64,000 nt of DNA from Minisyncoccota bacterium. Lineage in GTDB: Bacteria > Patescibacteriota > Minisyncoccia > Phycocordibacterales > JBAYLF01. Below the pieces are notes generated by a model, which was not told the DNA's origin, ran no database searches, and was given only the letters and a program-made list of their open reading frames with translations. Position numbers and translations under genes: made by a program. Below, in pieces: positions 48,787 to 56,691 of the stretch. Numbering within the stretch: position 1 is the first letter of the stretch; each line of letters begins with the position of its first letter. Where the stretch lies: contig JBAYLF010000002.1 in the NCBI GenBank assembly GCA_041664205.1, positions 29,690 through 93,689 of the forward strand. Direction: 5' to 3'.

Positions 48787-50988
48787 ATGAAGTTACTTAT
48801 CGTAGAGTCTCCGGCAAAAGCAAAAACAATTTCAAAATATCTTGATGGTAAATATAAAGTTGTCGCATCGATTGGACATATTCGTGATTTACCAAAGAGC
48901 AACAAAGAAGCTATAGATATAGAAGGAGGATTTATTCCCCATTATGTTGTTCCAAAAGAAAAAGAAAAAGTTGTTGCAGAAATAACCGAACTCGCAAAAA
49001 AATCTGACGAAATTATGTTAGCGACTGACCCCGACCGTGAAGGCGAGGCTATTGCTTGGCATATCGATAGACTTATTCATGAGAGAAATTCAAAAGATAA
49101 GAAGTCTAAAAAACCATTAATAAGAAGAATTGTTTTTCATGAAATAACAAAAGAAGCCGTGCAAGAAGCTGAAAAGCATCCCCGCGGTATTGATCAAAAT
49201 CTTCGCCGTGCTCAAGAAGCAAGACGTGTGCTTGATCGTTTGGTTGGATACGATCTTTCTGGTCTTATATGGAAAAAAGTTCGTTACGGACTTTCAGCTG
49301 GACGCGTGCAGTCCCCTGCGCTTCGTATCATTATGGAACGCGAGCGAGAAATTCGCGCTTTCCAATCTGAGAAATATTGGGCACTTACTGCATCACTTGA
49401 AACAAAGAAAGATGAAAAGATTCCTACTACTTGCGACACAGAGCCTACAGACTTTAAAGAAGTAGAAAGAATTTTAAAGGCGGGTAAGGCTGGTAAATGG
49501 TCTGTCGTAGATATTTCAGAAACCGAAGTAAAAAGACAACCAAAAGCACCGTTCATTACTTCAACACTTCAACAAACAGCAAGCTCACGACTAGGATTTT
49601 CTCCATCGAAGACTATGTCCGTCGCTCAAAAGTTGTATGAAAACGGACTCATTACTTACATGAGAACGGACAGCACAAATTTAAGCGAGGTTGCACTTAA
49701 ACAAATAAATTCAATTATTGTAAAAAAATATGGCGATAGTTTCCTATCACCTAGAACTTTTGCTACAAAAAGTAAAAATGCTCAAGAGGCTCACGAAGCA
49801 ATACGCCCCAGCGATGTATCAAAAGAAAGAGCAGGTTTTAATGCAGAGCAGAAAAGCTTATATCAACTCATTTGGCAACGCACAGTAGCATCGCAAATGA
49901 CTGAAGCGAAAATACTTCGAACAAAAATATCAACAAACATAGAAGACAAATCTATACCTGATTTTTCTGCACACGGTTCAAGAACATTATTTTATGGTTG
50001 GATGTCGGCAGACCCTGAAGCGCGAGGTGATGATGTGGAACTTCCAAAAATTTCAAAAGGCGATCCTTTAAACCTTTTGGAAATCAATTCTTTAGAAAAG
50101 CAAACGGAACCGCCTCCTCGATATACAGAAGCAGGACTTGTAAAAGAACTTGAAAAAAGAGGCATCGGACGACCTTCAACTTATGCTAGTATTATAAAAA
50201 CATTAGGAGATCGAGGTTATGTAACCAAAGAAAACAAATCGCTCACACCTACAGATACGGGCGATGTTGTAAGCACATTCTTGGAAAATAATTTTACACA
50301 ATATATAAGCGATTCATTTACCGCAGAAATGGAAGATAAACTAGACGACATTGCTTCTGGAACTGGAGAATATGAAAAAACATTATCAACATTCTATAAA
50401 CCTTTCTTAAAAGAAGTGAAATTAAAATCAAAAACAGAAAAAAAGATAACAGACCTTGGCCCAGCACCAAAAGAATTTCCATGTCCTATATGCGGAGCTT
50501 CGATGGTTTTTAAATTGAGTAAAAATGGAAAATTTATGAGCTGTTCAAAATTCCCAGAATGCACAGGCGCTAGAACTGTGGAAGGAAAAGAATTGGAGGG
50601 TCCAAAAGAAACTGGCGAACTTTGTCCGGAATGTAGCGGCAAACTTTTAGAACGAGATGGAAAATTCGGAAGATTTATTGCGTGCGGAAATTACCCAAAG
50701 TGCAAATATATTAAAAAAGACGCGGCTCTAGAAATGAAAAATTCAACTGGAATAAAATGCCCTGTTTGCAAAGAAGGTGAAATGACAGAGCGACGCGGTA
50801 GATTTGGAATTTTCTATAGTTGCACCAATTATCCAAAGTGCAAATATGCAATCAAAACAAAGCCTACTGGAAATCTTTGTAAAATGTGCGGTTCGCTAAT
50901 GATGGAGGGCACAAAAACTATCCCGGAAAGATGTAGTGTTAAAGAATGTCCGAATCATAACCCTCACAAATTAAATAAGATCGAGTAA
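48787..50988 (+). CDS. topA: DNA topoisomerase I
   Basis: IVESPAKAKTI, ATDPDREGE, SAGRVQS, ITYMRTDS; C-terminal zinc ribbons. Confidence 0.98.
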   Translation: MKLLIVESPAKAKTISKYLDGKYKVVASIGHIRDLPKSNKEAIDIEGGFIPHYVVPKEKEKVVAEITELAKKSDEIMLATDPDREGEAIAWHIDRLIHERNSKDKKSKKPLIRRIVFHEITKEAVQEAEKHPRGIDQNLRRAQEARRVLDRLVGYDLSGLIWKKVRYGLSAGRVQSPALRIIMEREREIRAFQSEKYWALTASLETKKDEKIPTTCDTEPTDFKEVERILKAGKAGKWSVVDISETEVKRQPKAPFITSTLQQTASSRLGFSPSKTMSVAQKLYENGLITYMRTDSTNLSEVALKQINSIIVKKYGDSFLSPRTFATKSKNAQEAHEAIRPSDVSKERAGFNAEQKSLYQLIWQRTVASQMTEAKILRTKISTNIEDKSIPDFSAHGSRTLFYGWMSADPEARGDDVELPKISKGDPLNLLEINSLEKQTEPPPRYTEAGLVKELEKRGIGRPSTYASIIKTLGDRGYVTKENKSLTPTDTGDVVSTFLENNFTQYISDSFTAEMEDKLDDIASGTGEYEKTLSTFYKPFLKEVKLKSKTEKKITDLGPAPKEFPCPICGASMVFKLSKNGKFMSCSKFPECTGARTVEGKELEGPKETGELCPECSGKLLERDGKFGRFIACGNYPKCKYIKKDAALEMKNSTGIKCPVCKEGEMTERRGRFGIFYSCTNYPKCKYAIKTKPTGNLCKMCGSLMMEGTKTIPERCSVKECPNHNPHKLNKIE

Positions 50989-50992
50989 TCTC

Positions 50993-51065
50993 TGTCATTC
51001 CCGCGAAGGCGGGAATCCAGACAGTGTAGGTAAAAACCTAGATTCCCGCCTTCGCGGGAATGACA
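50993..51065. repeat. REP-like inverted doublet 3
   Basis: TGTCATTCCCGCGAAGGCGGGAATCCAG, 17-nt spacer, CTAGATTCCCGCCTTCGCGGGAATGACA. Confidence 0.92.
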
Positions 51066-51090
51066 ATGTTGGAGTTAAAAATAAATAAAA

Positions 51091-51122
51091 AAAGCGCTCA
51101 AGTTCTAGAACTTGAGCGCTTT
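51091..51122. terminator. Perfect 32-bp palindrome, likely bidirectional terminator
   Basis: AAAGCGCTCAAGTTCTAGAACTTGAGCGCTTT between convergent genes. Confidence 0.65.
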
Positions 51123-51144
51123 GGTTATGTGACTTGCTTGGTAT

Positions 51145-51336
51145 TTACCTTCCTAAGTAATGACTTGGGTTCAGAGGCCGATCGGACTCTTCCTGCTTGC
51201 GAATGGCCTGCCATGCATTACCGGTGGTAACAACGCGGCGGTCCAATCCTCCAGTGACCAATTCTCCACAACGAACGCCGGGAGTTAGTGCACCTGTATT
51301 TGCTTTTGCGCTTGTGTTTACTTTCGTTTTTGTCAT
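51145..51336 (-). CDS. Small hypothetical protein (63 aa)
   Basis: GGAGA upstream of the ATG; has its own promoter and terminator. Confidence 0.5.
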   Translation of the reverse strand: MTKTKVNTSAKANTGALTPGVRCGELVTGGLDRRVVTTGNAWQAIRKQEESDRPLNPSHYLGR

Positions 51337-51389
51337 ACGGTATTCTCCAAATTCGACAAGTCACTTTACCATAAAGAGCTTGTCTGCAA

Positions 51390-51420
51390 AAAGCTTATCA
51401 TAGATAAGCTTTATTGTCAA
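51390..51420 (-). promoter_or_regulatory. Putative sigma70 promoter overlapped by a 10-bp inverted repeat
   Basis: TTGACA-N17-TAAGCT on the minus strand; AAAGCTTATC-ata-GATAAGCTTT at 51390-51412. Confidence 0.45.
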
Positions 51421-51445
51421 TAGTAAATTAGCACAAAATTAGAGT

Positions 51446-52447
51446 TTAAATACTGAAGTTTTTTATTGAGTAGAGATCTCCATCATCTTCCTCCCTAGTC
51501 TCTTCTTGGACAGTAGCTTCACTTACAAGTGCATCAATATCATCCGGCTTGCTTACATCATTGATAGTGTTTTCAGGATTATTAACATATTTATTCATCA
51601 TTTCTGTTATCGGCTTTTGCTGATTTGATTTTACTAGTTCAACAATATTTCTTAGATCATCAGCGCTGAAAAAATCAATAACAACTCTTCCGCCATTTTG
51701 ACGCTTTTCAATCTGCACGCGTGTGCCTAGAGATTCCGTGAGTTTTCCTTCCATTTCCATAATGTCAGGATCAAACATTCTTTCTTTCTTTCGTGCGCGT
51801 TCAAAAGCAATTTTTCTCGCGATTAATTCTGCTTCGCGAACTGTCATCCTTTTAAAAATAATCTCCTTGAAAAGCACAGCTTGCTCCTCAGGACGATCAA
51901 CAAGCATAAGTAGTGGACGTGTATGACCTTCAGAAATTTTTCCAGCCATAAGTGCGTCCTGCATTTCTTGTGAAAGAGCTAGAAGTCTTATTGTGTTAGT
52001 GACATATTCCCTACTCTTACCAACTTTAGTTGCGATCTGTGCGTGTTTGAAATTAAATTCTTTTGAAAGTCTATCGAAAGCTCTTGCGCGATCTATCGCG
52101 TTCAAATCTTCTCTTTGTAAATTTTCAATAATGGCAAGTTCTAGCTTTACCATATCATTTTCATCATCATTTCTTATGAGAGCAGGAACTTGTTCTAGAT
52201 TTGCCATTTTTGAAGCGCGAAGTCTTCGTTCACCTGCGATAAGTTCATACTCAACAACGAGACCACCATCTTCTTTAAAAATTTCTTTTCGCGTAACAAC
52301 TAGCGGCTGCAACACTCCATACATGCGTATAGAATCAGACAGATCTTTTAGTCTGGCTTCATCAAACTCTTTGCGAGGTTGGAAAGGATTTGGCTTTATC
52401 TTATCCACCTCTATCCAAAATATTGAATCGTTATAATATTGTGACAT
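51446..52447 (-). CDS. parB: ParB/Spo0J partition protein
   Basis: PNPFQPRKEF, GVLQP, IAGERRLRA and IENLQREDLN motifs. Confidence 0.95.
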   Translation of the reverse strand: MSQYYNDSIFWIEVDKIKPNPFQPRKEFDEARLKDLSDSIRMYGVLQPLVVTRKEIFKEDGGLVVEYELIAGERRLRASKMANLEQVPALIRNDDENDMVKLELAIIENLQREDLNAIDRARAFDRLSKEFNFKHAQIATKVGKSREYVTNTIRLLALSQEMQDALMAGKISEGHTRPLLMLVDRPEEQAVLFKEIIFKRMTVREAELIARKIAFERARKKERMFDPDIMEMEGKLTESLGTRVQIEKRQNGGRVVIDFFSADDLRNIVELVKSNQQKPITEMMNKYVNNPENTINDVSKPDDIDALVSEATVQEETREEDDGDLYSIKNFSI

Positions 52448-52550
52448 AGCTTATTTCCTTAATTTAACTCTATTTTATCATAAAGTTAAATGTTAAAGAA
52501 ATTGATTTATGTGAAAAATTTGTTAGTATTTTTGACATGACTCGGCACAT

Positions 52551-52634
52551 GCCGCGGTGGCGGAATTGGTAGACGCAATAGACTCAAAATCTATCGATCG
52601 CAAGGTCATGAGAGTTCGATTCTCTCCCGCGGCA
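52551..52634 (+). tRNA. tRNA-Leu(CAA)
   Basis: GCCGCGG/CCGCGGC acceptor stem, ATAGA-CTCAAAA-TCTAT anticodon arm, long variable arm, GTTCGA. Confidence 0.96.
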
Positions 52635-52717
52635 CATTATAAAAAAACCTGCAATAAGCAGGTTTTTTTATAATGTGCCGCGAAGCATTGTGCCTTCGCA
52701 CTTCGCGTGAGAGAATC
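52628..52717. repeat. Inverted copy of the tRNA-Leu 3' end forming a 25-bp perfect stem
   Basis: 52628-52652 pairs with 52658-52682; GAGAGAATC (52709-52717) is complementary to the tRNA T-arm. Confidence 0.78.
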
Positions 52718-52811
52718 AAAAAACCTTTCTCATAATTTAAAATTGACATAATTTTTTAATTATGTCACTATTCTATTCAGACCGTTCGATAAACAATCAA
52801 ATAAAATCAGT

Positions 52812-53126
52812 ATGAATACTGTGTTACTTATTGTCATTGCTATTTTAATAGTAATTCTTCTTACTTATTACACGATAACAAGACCTATTAAAGGTTCTAA
52901 TAGGGTAAAAAATTTGTGGGATTTTTTTAAACAATTCAAAAGAATATCAAAAATATCAAAAAAATATAATTTAACTCTTGTGGAACATCATGATTTTTTG
53001 GCTCTTGCACTTTTTTTCCTCCTTGATGAAAAAGGAGATGCACTGAGTCAAACTTTTAAAGAAAGTAATGAAAAATCTCGATCAGTCTTCTATTATTGGA
53101 TAGAAAAAAACTATCCTACAAAATAA
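52812..53126 (+). CDS. Hypothetical protein with N-terminal TM
   Basis: ORF with upstream TTGACA and a downstream hairpin. Confidence 0.6.
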   Translation: MNTVLLIVIAILIVILLTYYTITRPIKGSNRVKNLWDFFKQFKRISKISKKYNLTLVEHHDFLALALFFLLDEKGDALSQTFKESNEKSRSVFYYWIEKNYPTK

Positions 53127-53268
53127 TGTTTTTTGATCGAACAGCACCTATAGACTTTGTTCTATGGGTGCTTTAATTTTTTAATAAACCTCCTATACTA
53201 TTTGCGTTATTTGAAGTTTTATAGTATCTTAATTACACAGTTAATTACCAACGAATTAGGCTTATTTT

Positions 53269-53427
53269 ATGTCACAAGACCGACTTATAAAACTTCAATG
53301 CAAGACCTGTAAACGTATTAATTATTGGTCAAGCAAAAACAAGAAAAAGGTGGAGCGAAAAATCGAGCTTCAGAAATTTTGTAAATGGTGCAAGAAAAGA
53401 ACAGTGCACAAAGAACTTAAAAAATAA
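53269..53427 (+). CDS. rpmG: 50S ribosomal protein L33 (zinc-ribbon form)
   Basis: Not in the track. MSQDRLIKLQCKTCKRINYWSSKNKKKVERKIELQKFCKWCKKRTVHKELKK; followed by tRNA-Trp as is typical. Confidence 0.95.
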   Translation: MSQDRLIKLQCKTCKRINYWSSKNKKKVERKIELQKFCKWCKKRTVHKELKK

Positions 53428-53490
53428 ATCAAAGCGAGAAAATCCCACCAGTTTGGGATTTTTTTGTAGAAATGATAAAATAGTTTCCGA

Positions 53491-53561
53491 GGGCCTATAG
53501 TTCAGTGGTAGAATAATCGTCTCCAAAACGATTGACCGGGGTTCGAATCCTCGTGGGCCCG
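53491..53561 (+). tRNA. tRNA-Trp(CCA)
   Basis: GGGCCTA/TGGGCCC acceptor stem, ATCGT-CTCCAAA-ACGAT anticodon arm, GGTTCGAATCC. Confidence 0.95.
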
Positions 53562-53638
53562 CAGATTTTTCCTTTTAAGATTGTTTATTAACAATTTTTT
53601 ATTTATAATAATTTTATTAATAATTTTTATAAATTTAC

Positions 53639-53938
53639 ATGCCAAATTTTGAACAAAAACCTGGAGAAACAGCTAGTGAAAAACCAAAAACTCAAATGCC
53701 TGTTTTTGAACGACAATTAACACCTATTAATGAAAATTTTAAATTCTCAGAAGATCCTGTTGAAGATGAAATTTTAAGTCATATTTATTATTCACAAGAA
53801 AATCTTAAAGCAAATACAGTAAAAATAATACGTTTAGAAGAAGCCAATGAAGGATATGAAGCAGCAATAAAATCAAAAGAAGCAGAATTGAAAGCTTATA
53901 AAGAAACCGGGGTTAAACCTAAAAGCGATTACAAATAA
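53639..53938 (+). CDS. Hypothetical protein
   Basis: Charged ORF followed by a terminator. Confidence 0.6.
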   Translation: MPNFEQKPGETASEKPKTQMPVFERQLTPINENFKFSEDPVEDEILSHIYYSQENLKANTVKIIRLEEANEGYEAAIKSKEAELKAYKETGVKPKSDYK

Positions 53939-53946
53939 GAAAACAA

Positions 53947-53978
53947 AAAAGTTCCAGCATTCAAATGCTGGAACTTTT
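53947..53978. terminator. Bidirectional intrinsic terminator
   Basis: AAAAGTTCCAGCATT-CA-AATGCTGGAACTTTT between convergent genes. Confidence 0.7.
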
Positions 53979-53989
53979 ACTATAAAAGC

Positions 53990-54523
53990 TTATGGATGTG
54001 GGAACGAAAAAATTATTAAATACCTAGTTAATAATATGTTCCATAAAAAATGAGCTACGGAACTATAACTAAAAGCTTTCAAATATTTTCCCTGAAAGCC
54101 ACCGCATTTAAGAAATAGTATCCAAAAATATATGCCTACGCCTCCTTGAATAATTATTGGAAAAAACCAATGATCAAAACCTCTGAAAATGTGTGCTAGA
54201 CCAAAAGCTAATCCTGCTAAAAAACACACGCACAAGGTTATTCTAGATCTTCCGAAACACTTAACGAATAAAATAAATGGGATAAGCCTAGCCCATACCT
54301 CTTCACCCCACGCAACATTCCAATAAAACGCTGTTTCATTGATAAGATTCGGAACAGAAGAATTAGCCACCATCACATTCGATTCGCATTGCTCAGAAAT
54401 GCCTAAAAAATTCAAGACGCTCAAAACACAACAGATATAAAGATAAATTAAAACTGTTGAGTATATAAAAAATCTAATATCGCTCTTGTTTTCAGTTTCG
54501 AACCATTCAGTTATCTTTTTCAT
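53990..54523 (-). CDS. CPBP (CAAX protease/Abi) family intramembrane metalloprotease
   Basis: EEVWAR, FGLAH and HFLWN motifs. Confidence 0.85.
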   Translation of the reverse strand: MKKITEWFETENKSDIRFFIYSTVLIYLYICCVLSVLNFLGISEQCESNVMVANSSVPNLINETAFYWNVAWGEEVWARLIPFILFVKCFGRSRITLCVCFLAGLAFGLAHIFRGFDHWFFPIIIQGGVGIYFWILFLKCGGFQGKYLKAFSYSSVAHFLWNILLTRYLIIFSFPHP

Positions 54524-54565
54524 TCTTCATTTTTGTCTGAATGGAATGTTAGAATATTTACTTAA

Positions 54566-55474
54566 TTAAGTCAATTTTAAAAATTCCTCTACCTCCCCTT
54601 CAATCCCTTCTTTATTTTTTAACTCAAACCATTTAATTCTCTTATCTTTATTAAACCAAGTCATTTGGCGTTTTGCATAATGCCAATCTTCGTAATAAAT
54701 TTTTTCTATCATTTCTTCTTTTGTTATTTGTCCTTGAAGATGCCTAGCAAGATATCTATAATCAAGACCAAGCTCATCAAGCCTTTCCCAAGAAAGTCCT
54801 TCTTGATGAAGTTTTTCAACTTCTTCTATCATTCCGCTTTTAACTCGCGTCAAAATTCTTTTATAAATTCTCTCTTTCAATTCTTTTTGATCCGTTTCTA
54901 TACCAATTTGAAGAGCCTCATATTTGCCAAAATCTTTATTAATATCTGGAACTTTTCCTAAATTTTTCGCAATTTCAATAGCGCGTATCAAACGGCGCGG
55001 ATTTTTAATATCAATATTTTCTGCGCGCGCAGGATCTAATTTTATTAAAATTTCCAAAAGTTCTTCGGCAGATTTACCTTCGAGTTCTTTTCTTAATTCT
55101 TCATTCGGATTTACTTCAGGCAATACGACATTGTCTACAATAGCTTGAATATAAAATCCTGTTCCACCACAAATAATAGGAACTTTTCCTTTTTCCAAAA
55201 TTTCAGAAATCGCTTTTTCAGCCAACTTCTTAAAATCAGAAACTGTAAATTTGGTTTCTGGATCTACAACATCAAGCAAATAATGCTGCACGCCCTGCAT
55301 TTCTTCTTTTGTAATTTTTCCTGATCCAATGTCCAAGCCCTTATAAACCTGTCTTGAATCAGCAGAAATAACCTCGCCATTAAATTTTTTAGCAAGAGAA
55401 ACTGCCAAGTCACTTTTGCCAGAAGATGTCGGTCCTAGAACCACTATTATTTTATTATTCTGAGGTGAAGTCAT
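54566..55474 (-). CDS. miaA: tRNA dimethylallyltransferase
   Basis: GPTSSGKS, SADSRQVYKGLDIGSGK, GGTGFY and YAKRQMTWF motifs. Confidence 0.97.
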   Translation of the reverse strand: MTSPQNNKIIVVLGPTSSGKSDLAVSLAKKFNGEVISADSRQVYKGLDIGSGKITKEEMQGVQHYLLDVVDPETKFTVSDFKKLAEKAISEILEKGKVPIICGGTGFYIQAIVDNVVLPEVNPNEELRKELEGKSAEELLEILIKLDPARAENIDIKNPRRLIRAIEIAKNLGKVPDINKDFGKYEALQIGIETDQKELKERIYKRILTRVKSGMIEEVEKLHQEGLSWERLDELGLDYRYLARHLQGQITKEEMIEKIYYEDWHYAKRQMTWFNKDKRIKWFELKNKEGIEGEVEEFLKLT

Positions 55475-55583
55475 TATTATTTAAATACATTAAAAGATTT
55501 TCACAAATTAAGCAAAGAAAAAGGCCAGCTATTGATATTATCACAAGCTGACCTTAATAATAATGCGACATAAACTTAAAAAA

Positions 55584-55934
55584 TTACTTCAGACCAAGAA
55601 TCTCTCCGAGAAGCTTAAAGGTCTTTACTCCTTTTTCAGACTTATGACTGCATCCGGCTTCAACAAGTAAGTCTTGATATTCTTCAATAGACGAAATTGC
55701 AATCATTGGCCCATTGAATGTTTCTCTAAACTTCAGAACAAGTGCCCGAGTATTAAACTCATTTCCTGGAACACAACCATCCATTAAAATAACATCGATG
55801 TCAGGATTGCTGGCAAACTGTTTTTCTGCTTCTTTAATAGAAAGCGCGCTAACAATTTTCAAATCGCCATCAAACCAATGATGTAATGCATCATGAAACC
55901 ACTTTTGATCTTCAACAACCAGAACTTTTTTCAT
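55584..55934 (-). CDS. Single-domain response regulator (receiver)
   Basis: KVLVVED...VILMD...IAISS...K. Confidence 0.85.
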   Translation of the reverse strand: MKKVLVVEDQKWFHDALHHWFDGDLKIVSALSIKEAEKQFASNPDIDVILMDGCVPGNEFNTRALVLKFRETFNGPMIAISSIEEYQDLLVEAGCSHKSEKGVKTFKLLGEILGLK

Positions 55935-56060
55935 AAATTATTCCCCTTTCTAAAGAACTTTAAAGGTGCACAGGCACCCTACTCCTAAGCCCAAAATTCA
56001 CTTCATAAATTTTAAAAAAGGCCGACAACACAGAAGAAGTCAGCTTTTTTTAAAGTTCTG

Positions 56061-56144
56061 TGCGTAGGGAAGGATTTGAACCTTCGTAGCCCATAGGGCG
56101 ACAGATTTACAGTCTGTTGCGATTGACCGCTCCGCCACCTACGC
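56061..56144 (-). tRNA. tRNA-Tyr(GTA)
   Basis: GCGTAGG/CCTACGC acceptor stem, ACAGA-CTGTAAA-TCTGT anticodon arm, variable arm, GGTTCAAATCC. Confidence 0.95.
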
Positions 56145-56237
56145 ATTTATCTAATTTATAGCAAAAAAAGCATTTATATTCAATAGGAGCTTTTCAAAAT
56201 TTGACATAATCAATAAATAATCTATTCTAAACACAGA

Positions 56238-56531
56238 ATGGAAACTAAATACTCAACAGAAGTTGGAAAATATCTAGTAATTCACATAATCGGAGATATA
56301 CACTTCTTTATCGCAGAAGTAGTTACAAAAGATCCTTTAGTGATCAAAATTACAGAAGAGGGGCTCTTATCAGTTCTAAAACAAGGCGATTATGTTATCT
56401 ATGAATCTTTCTCAGCAGACATTCAGAATATAGAATCTCAAAATAATGTGATAGAAAAATTTAAAATGTATTCTGGACTTAGAAGCTTGGGTGTGACCGA
56501 CGGTAAAATCTACGAAATATGTCCGGACTAG
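56238..56531 (+). CDS. Hypothetical protein
   Basis: TTGACA-N17-TATTCT just upstream and a terminator downstream. Confidence 0.6.
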   Translation: METKYSTEVGKYLVIHIIGDIHFFIAEVVTKDPLVIKITEEGLLSVLKQGDYVIYESFSADIQNIESQNNVIEKFKMYSGLRSLGVTDGKIYEICPD

Positions 56532-56546
56532 TTTAGTTAAAAATTC

Positions 56547-56580
56547 AAACGCGCAACAAAATATTTTGTTGCGCGTTTTT
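56547..56580 (+). terminator. Intrinsic terminator
   Basis: Perfect palindrome AAACGCGCAACAAAATATTTTGTTGCGCGTTT followed by T's. Confidence 0.7.
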
Positions 56581-56590
56581 CAATAAATAA

Positions 56591-56676
56591 AGGTTCCTCG
56601 GGGCAGAGCCCCGAGATATTATCGGAACTCGCTTCGCTCGTTCATTCACGTGGCAAAGCCACGCGGTATTGAACCT
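56591..56676. repeat. GC-rich twin-hairpin mini-element
   Basis: AGGTTC...GAACCT ends enclose CTCGGGGC-AGA-GCCCCGAG and CGTGGC-AAA-GCCACG, each followed by G(A/G)TATT. Confidence 0.55.
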
Positions 56677-56691
56677 GTATTTTTAAATTTA

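Noticed and set aside
53329-53526. 65-aa minus-strand ORF
   Set aside because: Antisense to rpmG and tRNA-Trp.
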